DNA of 64,000 nt from Octopus sinensis (lineage: Eukaryota): NCBI RefSeq assembly GCF_006345805.1, contig NC_043012.1, positions 45,198,001 through 45,262,000 on the forward strand. Direction: 5' to 3'. The notes beneath the pieces were generated by a model, which saw only the letters and a list, made by a program, of their open reading frames with translations, made no database searches and had not been told where the DNA came from. This document shows positions 13,244-25,809 of the stretch, one piece after another; the first letter of the stretch is position 1; the number at the start of each line of letters is the position of its first letter. Made by a program: the position numbers and the translations under genes.

Positions 13244-13600
13244 AGACGTAGGAGTGGCTGTGTGGTAAGTAGCTTGCTTACCAACCATATGGTTCCGGGT
13301 TCAGTCTCACTACGTGGCACCTTGGGCAAGTGTCTTCTACTATAGCCTTGGGCCGCCCAAAGCCTTGTGAGTGGATTTGGTAGACGGAAACTGAAAGAAG
13401 CCCGTCGTATATACGTATATATATGTATGTGTGTGTATATGTTTGTGTGTTTGCGTTTGTCCCCACAACATCGCTCGACAACCGATAGAATAAGTACTAA
13501 GCTTACAAAGAATAAGTCCTGGGGTTGATTTGCTCGACTAAAGGCATTGCTCCAGCATGGCCACAATTAAGTCACTGAAACAAATGAAAGAGTAAAAGTG
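13244..13600 (+). mobile_element. tRNA-derived SINE family A
   Basis: head ggagtggctgtgtggtaagtagcttgcttacc..ggttccgggttcagtc, internal TA/TG microsatellite, tail gaaacaaatgaaagagtaaaag. Confidence 0.9.
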
Positions 13601-14376
13601 CTATGAAAAACACTTTTCATTATCAACACACCAGCACCAGCATCGCCAGCACCATCATCATCATCATCACTATAGTTTTCAGTAACAAATCTCATTTCAG
13701 TTCAGTTGTTTGTTTATATCTACTTTTTCTCGCTGTCGCTGCATCTCTAATCTGACACTACACACACAAAAACACACACACAAAAAACACACACACACAC
13801 ACACAATCTCTCTCTCTCTCTTAATATAACAGCTTCACCTGTCCATCTTTCTCTATCTGTCTTTCTTTAACCTCACTATCATTGTATCCTAAAAGTATCT
13901 TTTCCTTTTTACCTTTCCCTTCCCACCCTACAGCACGTCATTAACACTTCCCTTTCCCTCTTTTCTCTCACTTTTCGTCTCTCCCTTCAACTAACCACGT
14001 GATGCATTTGGCCTTGGTGTATTATACTCCTCTCTTCTTACGTCTCTACTCACATTCCTCCTCCTCCGCATCTCTCTCTCTCTCTCTCACTTTTACTCCC
14101 CCTCCACCTCTGTAACTAACTAAAATATAACGAGCGAACGAACAAGCAGATTAGTATGTAGATTCTTCGTGCCAGAGTCAACTGAGTGATTGAACAATTG
14201 ATCAGCAATGGAAAATAATCAACAGTCTCTCGCTGAAGTCAATCTGTGTCCTCTGGCGGGTTTCTGTTAGCTGTCAAGAGCATTGTAGAAAATAACCCAC
14301 GCTGTAAGCTTGCTGGTGGTACAAAGCAACTGCAAATAGGTAGTAGTACTGCTGTGAATTATCTACAGTGGTTATC

Positions 14377-14399
14377 ATGTTACGGGATTCCAAGTTACG
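14377..14399 (+). CDS. candidate first coding exon (MLRDSKL-R) of an unknown host gene
   Basis: ATG 23 nt before a consensus donor CG|GTAAGT (phase 2) in unique sequence; phase-compatible with 32032. Confidence 0.2.
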
Positions 14400-14489
14400 G
14401 TAAGTCCCAAGAATGTAACTGTAGTGTAAGTTGGGTACTGCATGTGTGTATATATGTGTATGCATGAAAACATACATAAAGAAGAGCTG

Positions 14490-14705
14490 CCTTCCCAATA
14501 GCTTTGTCGAGAATAGCGGGAACGTCCCCCTTCCCTGGAAAAACTATTTGAGCTATAGATAGGTTCTCAGATGTGCTATTGATCCGGATCAGAGGGCACC
14601 TGGGAATAATGATAATTAAGGGCTGATTCTACTCTCCCCACAACTCCAAGACTCTCTAATTGGAACCTCAGCACCAGGTGCAGTTTGGTGTCATAAACAG
14701 GACAA
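14490..14705. mobile_element. probable SINE-like interspersed repeat fragment
   Basis: ggatcagagggcacctggg...ggtgtcataaacaggac resembles a common cephalopod repeat as recalled; single copy in this window. Confidence 0.35.
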
Positions 14706-15189
14706 ACTTAAATACATACATACATACGTACATAATACATACATACGTAGCTACGTTGGTACGTACGTACATACATGCATATATATGCTTGTGTTTGGAT
14801 GACTGTGTATCCACACAACTGCTTCGTTTTTTGTGAAATTTGGTAAAGATAAGCAGATTTGATCGTTCCTCTACGGATTTGTTTTAAGGGCAGCACACAT
14901 CTGACAGGTACAGATATCCTGTATCACTTATTGGTACAACACACATAGATCAGTTTGAATTTAGGTTGGCTCTAATGCGGCGACTTATTTTCGTACTGTT
15001 CTTATACGCATTAAGTTAGATATGTGTTAAAACTCATTCCGTCTGCAAACTTACTTATGATTTGCAAGACAGGTCTAGTACTGTGAATGTCAGAGATCGT
15101 GTATGATGCTGGCACGTACCCTCCTCCGACATAGAGAGAGACACGCACGCACAACCACACAAATTCACATGTCTTTTTATATATATATA

Positions 15190-16690
15190 TTAGCTTGTTC
15201 CGAAAATAATGGCCGCTCTAAGTGTTGTGTTTAGAAACGCAATTGTATCATAGTATTTTAATTAAATTTTAGGTGAATTTCGACATACTTAATAATTGAT
15301 GTATGCTCTTTAATAAATTTCTATTTGTTTCATATAGAAAAACATTCTTGAAGCATAAGCGCCCTTAATTATGAACCCAAAAAAATGGATCTTCGCTTCC
15401 TTTTCTTGCATGAGTTCAAGCTTGGGCAGAATGCCTTCCAAACTGCTGCCAATACCAATAGAGCGTGACGAGAGGGGTCCACAAGTGATCGCACAGTATG
15501 AAGGTTGTGTCAGAAATTCCGCATTGGTGATGAGAGCCTTGAAAATGAAGAAAGTATAGGACGGTCATGCAGTGTTAACAATGAACAATTGGAAGCAATT
15601 GCTAAACAAGACTCACGCCAGTGTCAGAAAAATGTCTTAGAGAAATGATGTCGGCATTGCAACGATCTCACGCAATCTGCCAAAGATTGATAAGGTAAAA
15701 AAGCTCGATAAATGAGTACCTATTTCTTTATTACCCACAAGGGGCTAAACTTAGAGGAGACAAACATGGACAGACATAGGTATTAAGTCGATTATATCGA
15801 CCCCAGTGCTTAACTGGTACTTAATTTATCGACCCCGAAAGGAGGAAAGGCAAAGTCGACGTCAGCGGAATTTGAACTCACAACGTAACGGCAGCCGAAA
15901 TACCGCTAAGCATTTCGCCCGACGTGCTAACGATTCTGCTAGCTCGCCGCCTCGATAAATCCGTACCGCATGAGCTCACTGAAAATGAAAAAGTTCGGCG
16001 TTTTGTAGTGTGCTCGATGCTCTTTCTGCGAAACAACCAATGGTCATTTTCTTGACCGAATAGTCACTTGTGGCCAAAGGTGTATCCATTATGATAACCG
16101 TAAGCAAGCAGGTCAATGGTTTGGTCATAATGAGTCTCCCAAACATTTCCCAATGTCAAAGTTGCATCAGTAAAAGATGATGGTGACTGTCTGGTGGTCT
16201 GCAATTGGTGTTGTCCATTAAAGCTTTCTGGAATCCAATCAGAGCATCATAGCAGAGTTTTAATGCAACCAACTCGCTGAAAGGCATGCCTCCTTGCAAA
16301 AAATGAGACCTGCGTTGTTGAATCGGCGTGGTCCAATTCTGCTCCACGATAATACAAAGCCACATGTTGCAAGAATGACGCTGCAGAAACTCACAGACTT
16401 GAGATACGAGACTTTACCACCAACTCCATATTCTCATGATCCTTCACCCTCTGACTACCATTTTTTAAAGCATTTAAACACGTTTTAAAGTTATAAAACT
16501 TTTAGGTCCAAACCAGCGGTGGAGTGAGCTATCAAAGATTTCTCAGCATCAAAGCCAATAAGTTTTTATCAACGAGGCATAAATAATCTCGTTGATCGAC
16601 GACAGAGATGTTCACGTCTCGTACTTTGTCTAATCAAAACCTTTCAGTTGTTAATTTTTCCAGAATAAAACGCCGCTTCTGCAACCACTA
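15190..16690 (+). mobile_element. mariner (DD34D) transposon, near full length, degenerate, interrupted by a SINE
   Basis: LRFLFLHEFKLG..TAAN HTH region, KKLDKWVP-like, ILLHDNTKPHVA, PYSHDPSPSDYHFLKHL; degenerate TIRs at both ends. Confidence 0.9.
15721..15952 (-). mobile_element. full-length SINE family B inserted in the mariner, with 15-bp TSD
   Basis: flanks cgataaatgagtacc (15706-15720) and cgataaatccgtacc (15953-15967). Confidence 0.9.
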
Positions 16691-17984
16691 GTCATTCTTC
16701 AGAGTTCCAGAAATACGGTTTTTCACAACCCTGGCCCGTCATGTGTGGCACCACAAAGATCAAGCGACCCCATGTGATATTAGATGGAAACCAATAGATC
16801 ACCGAGGCCCATATATTAATTGGAGTGGCCATTGCAAGATCTACATCGCGGTGAGAGCCAATATTCTTAAGGACTATATATAACCTGGCGCATTAAATAG
16901 TTGTAAAGATGGTTTTTCTAAATGTGTCCACTTCAAGCGCTACCTAATGGAAAATTGAATCTCCCCGTTTGCTGGTTAGGCTTTTTAGGGTCTATTAGGG
17001 TTGTGTTATCCTCTGGGCAAGGGAGACAATCCGTCCTCATTAACGTTTTTATATGTTAAAACTTAACTCTCGATTTCTGAGCGATTCCTCACGTCTGCGA
17101 CGTAGAATGTTTTAATTTTTGTGTCCTTATATAGAGTCTGACAAGTTGTCCACAAGGCTTTATGTATACGAAACCTTTGCTAACTCTATATCCAAAATTT
17201 AAATTTTTGTTGTAATAATTACTGCTCTATTCTTTTCTGATATATGTTTTATTTGATTCTTTCTCTATATATACATTATGCGTGTGTATTTATGCAATGT
17301 AATCAAAGTTCTCCCTTAAGCTGTAATTACTGGCTAAATAGACTTTTAATATATACTGTACATTTAAATATTTGATACATTTAAATTATCAATTTTAAAT
17401 GAGGAAGACAAAGATGATATTCGCAAGAGTATTGTAATATGAATGGTACCATAGATGTCCTGCAGGCGGTCGCTACATGGTTACAGATCCTTCTCAACAG
17501 TTATTTTTAGTTCCAACTCATGCTGAGAAATCTTTAATATTGGCTATATAAAAATTTTAGCAGATTAGATATTCAATTTCCTGGATTATTTCTAGTTTCA
17601 AATATCGAATAGAAGTGTATACTTTTATATGCTGCACATAAGTCGATAGATCGAATATAGTGTATAGTAACGCGACCAGACTGATGAAATATACATGAAG
17701 TGGGTAAAATATTTGTGGAGATTAAACAGTTGTATTCTAAAGCAGTTAAGCGTTTAAAATATGTAGTCAGAGATTTTTCATGTAAACTGTAGACTATGTA
17801 GTTGTTAACATTGGCACAACTGAAAAGAAAGATTGCCTCACTGGGATTTTTATGTATGAGCAAGTGTAGATATATATAAATAAATAGTGTAATAAATAAA
17901 ATATATGCATACATACAAACATATATGTACGTACCGACATCTACATGTATATATACATGCATATATAAATATATATACGTACAG

Positions 17985-18230
17985 GACATCACAGGAAGAC
18001 GAAAAAATCAACAGAACGAAAACGGAAAAGACATTTTGTTATAACAGAAGGACAGAGACGTGGAACAAGACGAAACGAAAACGAAAACAGGAAAAACAAT
18101 TATGTGCAGCAGAAAAACGTAGTACAGGACATGCTGCACAAGGAAAAATCCCCTTCATCAGCTGGCGCTAGCAGACACGTGTTTCGAAGGCAGAGACAGA
18201 ACACGTATAGTCAAGCTAGACGGATAGTTA
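17985..18230 (-). mobile_element. probable Penelope-type terminal repeat with hammerhead-like core elements
   Basis: minus strand ccttcGAAACACGTGTC-tgctagcgccag-CTGATGAaggg. Confidence 0.35.
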
Positions 18231-20984
18231 GCGATCGTTGAGTAGACGAACACTGTCAGTGATTCGAGATTTGAGCTTATAGATATTAAATAATACCTTA
18301 AAAATTACATGTTTACAATCATAGGAATATGAATAAAAGAAAGGAGTATAATCGTGAGAAAGCACTAGTGTATGATTTGTGGCAAAGATCAATCGGCTGT
18401 ATTCCGTATTTACCAAAGAAACAAAAAAAAAAAAAAACAATTTTCTGTAGTACAGTATCGTACGTTTCCCAAATATAATTAAGTTATATTAATTCTGCAT
18501 AATGCGTATTTGTGATGCATTATAAAAGGTTACTACTGGTAGTATCGGTTGTATTTAGAACCTAGCAATATCTTTAAAATTCCTTACTTTTTAGCAAGAT
18601 ATTACTTTCTACCTTATTTAGCAAAATCGCAATAATTGTTTAAGTGACATATATAGAGTCAGCTAGCTATGAAACTATGTCGTATCTTTCGAAAATAAGA
18701 GTTGAAACGCAAAGATTTCGATTTTGAGAAAAAGTTAAGACGTAAAATCATTGAAAATTATTTCCGAGGGAAGCGTAAAGCCTGGTGAGTTTAAAAAAAA
18801 AAAAAAAAAGAAAAAAAAACCTACCATGAAAACAGGATGCTAAATTATTTCTGCCAGAAACCATTTCTTTTAATTTCACTGCTGAAAAATTAAAGCTTGT
18901 TTTATACTCCTCTCGTTAGTTCCGGTATATTATCATTAACGTTTATACCATGTGTACAAAGATGGATTTTATGCCATTTAGTTGCCTATTTTAGTATAAT
19001 TCAGTGAGCAAGGTATCATTTTGATTTTTATCCAAGCTTAATTTCATTAAAAATGGGGATTGTGCGTTGTTTACTTCTTTTCCTTTCTAATTTACGTTTG
19101 ATATGAATGAGATGTTAAAAGAAAGAAAAAAGCCGCTAAACTCCTTTTGCTGGAATTAATGTCCTCAACGAAAGCACTAGTTAATGTCCTCGACAAAGGC
19201 GCATATTTTGCTTTATGATTATTATTTGACGAAATAAGATGATACTAATAACAATATTACGAAATATTTTCGCCAGTTAATTCCCAAATATCTCTACGCG
19301 ACATGCAGTCATAAAACACACCACCACTATTTTTATGTGGAATTTTTTACTGATGCAGAAATTTCATAATCACAAATTGCCGTAATGAAATTCGAAACCG
19401 ATTCTTTCATATCAAAGATGAATGATTTTAATTCTAGTGTCGAACAAAAACAAAAATAATTTATATGAAAACAATACAGGCTTTGTTTTCATCACTTCAA
19501 AAAAGTACCCTATAACAATAGTCCTTAGAGGACTTCCCCCTTGGTCTTTGATAAATTCCATTCTTCAATTTTGTTACATAAATAAAGCAATTAACAATAT
19601 TCTGTTTAATAAACATATCTTAAATATGAAAAAAAAAAGTGTATCATATTTTGAAATGGTGTTCTATAAAACGAAACTCATAAAATATAGAATGATGGCC
19701 AAACTGACAGCGTAAACGTCATTTTTCCGAAAAGGGTTAAAGAATACCATTTAGAATTAGATTTTGCTCAAGTTCTATGGTAACCTTAAACGTTTATTGA
19801 TTGAATAAAAAAAATGCTATAAATATTTTATTTCACCATTTGAAGTGTTTTATTCTAAAGGGAAATAAGCACTTTTATGCTTTATCTTTTAATGTGTTCA
19901 AATGAGCTTTTGTTTCTCTTCTGCCATCAGCATCGTCTGGACAACCATGGTTACTTAGGCAACAGAATGGTTCTGTCAGGTTAGATAGTCTTAAGTTTCC
20001 TTCATTATTAACCAAAAAAATGTATAATAAAGACAATATTTAAATTATTTTAAAAATGACACTTTAAAACCCACCAAATCTCCCTTTCAATAGATGCACA
20101 GCTTTTGCTAATAGATAATTTTGATTAGAGGCCAGTGCGGCAGAATGTGTATGGTGCAGAACATTGTGAAAGCAATGAATTGAGTTCAATTCATAAAAAG
20201 AATAAAAATACTAATCGTAATTTTGAAAGATTTTAACAGTCTTTTAGAGGTTAAAGAAAGATATGAACTTCAGCACGTTTAATGTGATTGCACCCAATGC
20301 TACAGAAAATGTTATACTAAGAACATCATTTTCAAAAAGCATATATAAATTTATTATCTCTGTACACGATTTGAGACTCTTTGACATTAAAGTTCGTGTT
20401 AAAAGCATTAGCTCTGCTAGGAAATGAAATGTTGCCATTCTATACCATCGCTGGTTTGTGGATTCACTTATCATCACAATTTTGCTGCACTTGCATTAAT
20501 TTCTTAAAACATATACAAGAGCAAAGACATTGAAATGTGGTCACGAGATTTGCACCCATATCAACGTGATTCTAAACTCGATCCTTCTGCACAACACCTT
20601 GAAAAACTCCACTACACAGAAAGACAACCAGGCACACACACACACACACACACATACACTCACACACAATTTGTATAACAATTACTTCGTAGAAAGTCAA
20701 AGTCAGGATAACCATTTAATAACTCTAAAATTGTTACATTGGGTTACCTCATTTTATAATAATACAATGTATTATGAAGTGTCCAAAAGTTTCGTCGCAC
20801 TTTTCCGAGATCATTGTATCAGTAACAACGGTGCAGAAGAGCCAACTAAGTTGTTGAATATTCATAAATAACCCAAAATTAGGTTATTGCGGCTTTGGCA
20901 TGTTCTTTTCCTTTCACGACGCAGTTGTTTCAGTTTTAGCAATCTTGGATCAAATCATTTCCACAACACGTTCAATATCTTGCA

Positions 20985-21238
20985 TGGCGGTGTTGTTGCT
21001 AAACTTGTTATGTAACAACATAGTTTCAGGCTAAAGGTCTGATACTATAGCTGCGGACCAACTAATGCCTTGTGAATAAATTGTTGGACGGAAACTGTGG
21101 AAGCCCGTTGTATGTATGTATGTATGTATGTATGTATGTATGTATGTATGTATGTATGTATGTATGTATGTATGTATGTATGCATGCATGCATACATGCA
21201 TGTATGTATGTATGTATGTATGTATGTATGTATGTATG

Positions 21239-21269
<31 letters not shown>

Positions 21270-21449
21270 GCATGTATGCATGCATGCATGCATGTATGTA
21301 TGTATGTATGTATGTATGCATGCATGTATGTATGTATGTATGTATGTATGTATGTATCTATGTATGTATGTATGTGTGTGTAGGTATGCATGTGTGTATG
21401 TATGTATGTATGTATGTATGTACAAGTATATGTGTGTGTCTGTGTACGT

Positions 21450-21481
<32 letters not shown>

Positions 21482-21710
21482 GTGTGTATGCGTATGTATG
21501 TGTTTGTTCTTTGTGTTTGCATTTGTCTCTCTTCCGATTGACAACCGGTGTTGGTTTGTTTACGTCCCTGAGTATTAGCAATTCATCATACAGAACGACC
21601 GCGAGAATATGTATGACATTAATAAAATGAAGTCCCGGGATCGATCTGTTCGACTAAAAAGTGCTTCTCCAGTATGGCCGCGGTCCAATGATAGAAACAA
21701 AAGTAAGTTA
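20985..21710 (+). mobile_element. older SINE family A copy with expanded internal (TATG)n
   Basis: actatagc..gccttgtga..ggacggaaactgtggaagcccg before the tract and tgacaaccggtgttgg..ccagtatggccgc after it; about 300 bp of (TATG)n inside. Confidence 0.75.
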
Positions 21711-22394
21711 TATTTATTTAGAAGCTGGAATACTCTTTCCTCATAACCAGCAATTTCGAGATTCGTTCTGCGAAGAAAATACATTAAATAAGATATAATT
21801 GTATTTGTATTCACATGAGTTGCAGAAATATGTACTAAGTTACAAGAAAATAGCATCTGATGACGGATGTTGTTCGTGGTTACAAAAATAAGCGAAAGTA
21901 AATCTATGAAAAAATAATCACGGCCTATAGTAAAAAAAAAGAAAAGTAGCAAGAAGCAGGAAAACCAGTGGGACCTCGAAAAATCGGTGCTTTTCGAGTA
22001 ACGTGCTCTGTGGTAGTTGTTTTGCATCATGGTAAACATAATATCATTTTCTATTATTGTCACCAGAAATGTAATGAACCAGTGGTTAGCTCTTAGGAAA
22101 CTTTTCTCCTGCGACGCTATTGTTCACGAATTACGATTTAAAAACAAGGAAATGTCAACACAAAGAAATGTGAGAAAATAAACTGAAATGGAATTGAAAT
22201 GAATAGTGCACAGGTAGTTCAACGAAGAATCACTTTTGTTTGTTGCTGATCGTGATGTGTTACAAAGGTGTTACCTGTAACAGCTTGTGTTAGATATTAG
22301 GAAGAATAATATGCGCATTGTTTAAGTGTAATGGAAGAAATATTGTCAATGAATGCGGATGTATTTATTTAAAGCAGTTGGGTATTTTTTGAAG

Positions 22395-22625
22395 CTCTAT
22401 CGACAACGATTTCATCTCAATCGAAGGAGGGGGCTTTCTCCGCCCGGGTTGCGGATCCGTGGAATAAGCTGCCGGACGAGATAGTGAAGATGCCGACGAC
22501 CGCTCGGTTCAAAGTCTCTCTTGACCAGAAATGAACTTTTTATATGACCACCCTCCCTGTACATAACTCCCTGTCCCACTACATGACCTTGCTTTTGCTT
22601 TTTGAGCCAATAAAAATTGAATTGA
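22395..22625 (+). mobile_element. CR1-type LINE 3' end
   Basis: KLYRQRFHLNRRRGAFSARVADPWNKLPDEIVKMPTTARFKVSLDQK*, then a short 3' UTR, AATAAA and an (AATTG)2 tail. Confidence 0.8.
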
Positions 22626-22688
22626 AATGGGTGAGGAACATCATGAGGGTAGAATTAGAAAGCTTTGGAGGAGTTTGGCTAAGGTTGT

Positions 22689-25005
22689 TGTCGTGCGTGG
22701 GAAATGAAAAGAGGTTCACCTACCTTCCTCTTTCGGCTGCGCCTGTCTAGTATTAGTCACTCCAGCGATCTTGCCCTACCCTATCACCCAGTATAAGCAG
22801 CTGTTATCTGACCAACCCGGGAGCAAATTTACTGACGTTCGTTCACGATGCCTCAGCCGGCCAAAAGAGACCGACCCTGTCTTATCTTCCTCGCACTTCC
22901 CTTCTCACGTTTCCTCTTCCGGTCAATCACTGGACCATTGACGTCATGGCCCTCATCTTCCAGCTTATTCCCCCCACCTCCCTGATCTCAAAGATGACCT
23001 CCTTACTTCACTGGATGTCGAAATTTACCACCCACCCGAGTGGGTGCCTTGTACGTTCTGATCTTCTTAAACTGGGAACCTCATTCTCTTCCCCTTCTCC
23101 ACAATCATCATCCGACGAAGCGACAGTCCTACAAACATCCAAGACATGAAGCGGCATTCTATTCACAGAGATGTTGTTTTTGGAATTGACTGCCGTCACC
23201 ATTCCTCTGTTCCGCTGAGTTGTGCAGCGTGCCTTTGGGGGCTTGGCCCAGACTTCATCTCCCACCTCCATGAAGTCGGGCTCTTTCTCTTCTACAGGGC
23301 AACTCGATGATTTATTCGGATGCCGCCATTCATATTTGAATACCAGTCTATGTGACACGGACTCTCCAGCTTCTCCTGATCGGGGAGACATGTAGCAGAA
23401 CACCACACCAATATGGCCTTGATCGCTCGATGATGTCTCTTCACGATCTCATTTCCACTCGGCCTGTATGCCGCTCTGAAAAAGCGGTGCACTTTCCACC
23501 TGTCAAGCATGTTCTTCAGCGCCTCTGAACGAAACACTGTGCTGTTGTCCATCAGCAATTTGTCCACAGGGCCCCGATCTAAGAATACCTCATTTAGAAT
23601 ACGTGCCATCTAGTCTGCAATACCTGCCTTCAGTTCCCTCGAAATCGCCATCTGGCTCGACCCATAATTGACTATCGAGGGTTACGTCCTCTGCCGGTAT
23701 TGTGTTGCATTCCACTTGCTAGTCGTCTCCAGTTGTGCTCTACCGAAATGTTTCCCTGCTCATGCACACCCAGAGCAGGATCGATAGATTTACACATGTC
23801 ACAGTTCCCGACCCCCTTTTGGATGCTCCGTCTGGTAACGTCGGCGTCAATCCTCCTGCCGAAATACAGGGTCATATACACGCCCATATGATGCATGGCA
23901 TGCAGTCTCCATATCTAAGAGTCATTTAACGGACACATCACTGCTACACCTTGCTTCGATTCTTCCGGCTCCTCTAGCCATGCTATTTTTACCCTTATTA
24001 GAGCGTCTGACTTGTTTCTCTCTGAATGCACAAAGACCACATTCAGCTTCAGACCGAACTTGCCAATCATCTCCCGTAGGATCCCTAGGCTGCGCTTCTA
24101 TAGCATTTCCGCTGCCCCTTTGGTTCGCACCTATTTTCGTCGGTGATCACCGATCCTATCCAGCCAAGCATGGTAGCCGAATCCGTCCTGAGCGCAAACC
24201 CCATTTCAAGGCCAAATTCACTCCCTTCAGCACTGCATCAGACTCAGCGACATTGATGTGGGTGTAGTTGTCTGGTTTTCGAAGCCAGACGGCATCTTCC
24301 ACTTCGGTACCTCCGATTTCCAACACAACTCCTATTGCAAAACTGCTAGCATCACCACATACGGCCCTGCTATCCGACTTGGGCACATGTAGCTCCGCAG
24401 CGTGTTCGTCGACCTCTTCCCCTCTCCATCCGATCGTTCCTAGTTTAGCAAAAGTCGCGTACTCTTCATCTGTGTAAGCCTCTCTCAAGCGCTGCTCGAT
24501 CTTCGCTGCGCTCAGTTGTTCTTCATCCAGCGCACTCCCCTTCAAATACAGGGCCATGAGGATCGCTACATCTTCGATGACTTGTAGCCTGGGCAAAGCT
24601 TTGACATTTCGAATCCAGGCTACTACGTCACATTCGCCATAGAAATGTCTGATGACATCACTGGCGATCCTTATCTTCGTTGCCATCATATATTAAGGGG
24701 ACAACGTCTGTATACAATTGCCGAAATAGCTTGTCTTGCGTGGGAAATAAGAGATTCACCTACGTTCCTCTCTTGTCTGTGCTTGTCTAGTAGTAGTGAC
24801 TCCAGCGATCCTGCCCTACCCTGTCACCCAGTATAAGCAGCTTCTATCTGACCAACCCTGGAGCGAATTGCTTGACGTCCGTTGACGATGCCTCGGCCGG
24901 CAAAAAGTGGGTGAGCCTGCCCTGTCCTGTCTCCCCCGCACTTCCCTTCCGGTCAGTCACTTGACCATTAACGTCATGGCCCTCTTCTTCTGGCTCATCC
25001 CCACA
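22689..25005 (-). mobile_element. Gypsy-type LTR retrotransposon, internally deleted (gag remnant, RNase H, integrase; no PR or RT)
   Basis: LTRs 22689-22976 and 24732-25005 with TG..CA ends; 5-bp TSD GTTGT at 22684-22688 and 25006-25010; purine tract before the 3' LTR; RNase H DASSFAIGVVL..HINVAESDAVLKGVNLALKWG; integrase CDMCKSIDP, LLMDNSTVFRS, YRPSGNEIVKRHH. Confidence 0.95.
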
Positions 25006-25747
25006 GTTGTGTAGTGTGGAATAAGATGCAAAGCGTACAGCGAAGGTGGAGATACTGTTTACAGAGACTTACTTGTTTAGTAAAGGAAGGAAAGCCACCT
25101 CTGCAAAGTTAGAGAAGTACCTTGTCGAACGGGAGAAGGATTCAATTGCTGTTTGGGAAGCGAGTAAGATTAAAAGCTCTATAATACACGAAAGCATCCT
25201 TTACAAACCGGACAGTGTGATTAATCGTCTGGTCTTTCGTCACATTTTGTTGGATTCAATGCTATTGTGCAAATTCTTTTTGCAAGTTTCAGTAGCATGA
25301 GCATTCTAGAATATTTAACAGGAAGATACGAAGAGAGTGCTTTGAAATGAAGAGTTTATATATATATTGCTGTTGCTATCTTCCCAGATGTTTTCATAAT
25401 TAACATTTCTAAAAACTGTCTTACTTTCGGTGGAAATTCAATTTAAATTTGATGCTATTATTCATGCTATTAATAAGATTTTCAATTTCATTATTTTATC
25501 AAGAATATCCTGCCACAAAATAAACCAGTATCCTCGATATCTTTTCCACTTGCTTTTTAAATATGCGCACAATGTGTTTCAAAATATTTGTAGAAATCCA
25601 TCATACACTTTTCTCAGGATGACCTATCACTGATTTTTACCTTCTGGCGTTTTTGCTGAAGTTTTTCTTGATAACACACTCTTCGTGGTAAGGCGAATTG
25701 ACGTCTATCTTTAGCATATTAAGAATACACTTTATGGTCATTTCTCT

Positions 25748-25808
<61 letters not shown>

Positions 25809-25809
<1 letters not shown>

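Noticed and set aside
19725-19742. aaagggTTAA piggyBac-like end
   Set aside because: No matching TTAAccc left end found nearby.
20244-20477. Hydrophobic ORF resembling a membrane-protein exon
   Set aside because: No convincing splice sites, bounded by stops, and no motif.
24700-24731. Tf1-style self-priming PBS for the Gypsy element
   Set aside because: Only a 7-nt match (tttcggc), in one LTR and absent from the other.
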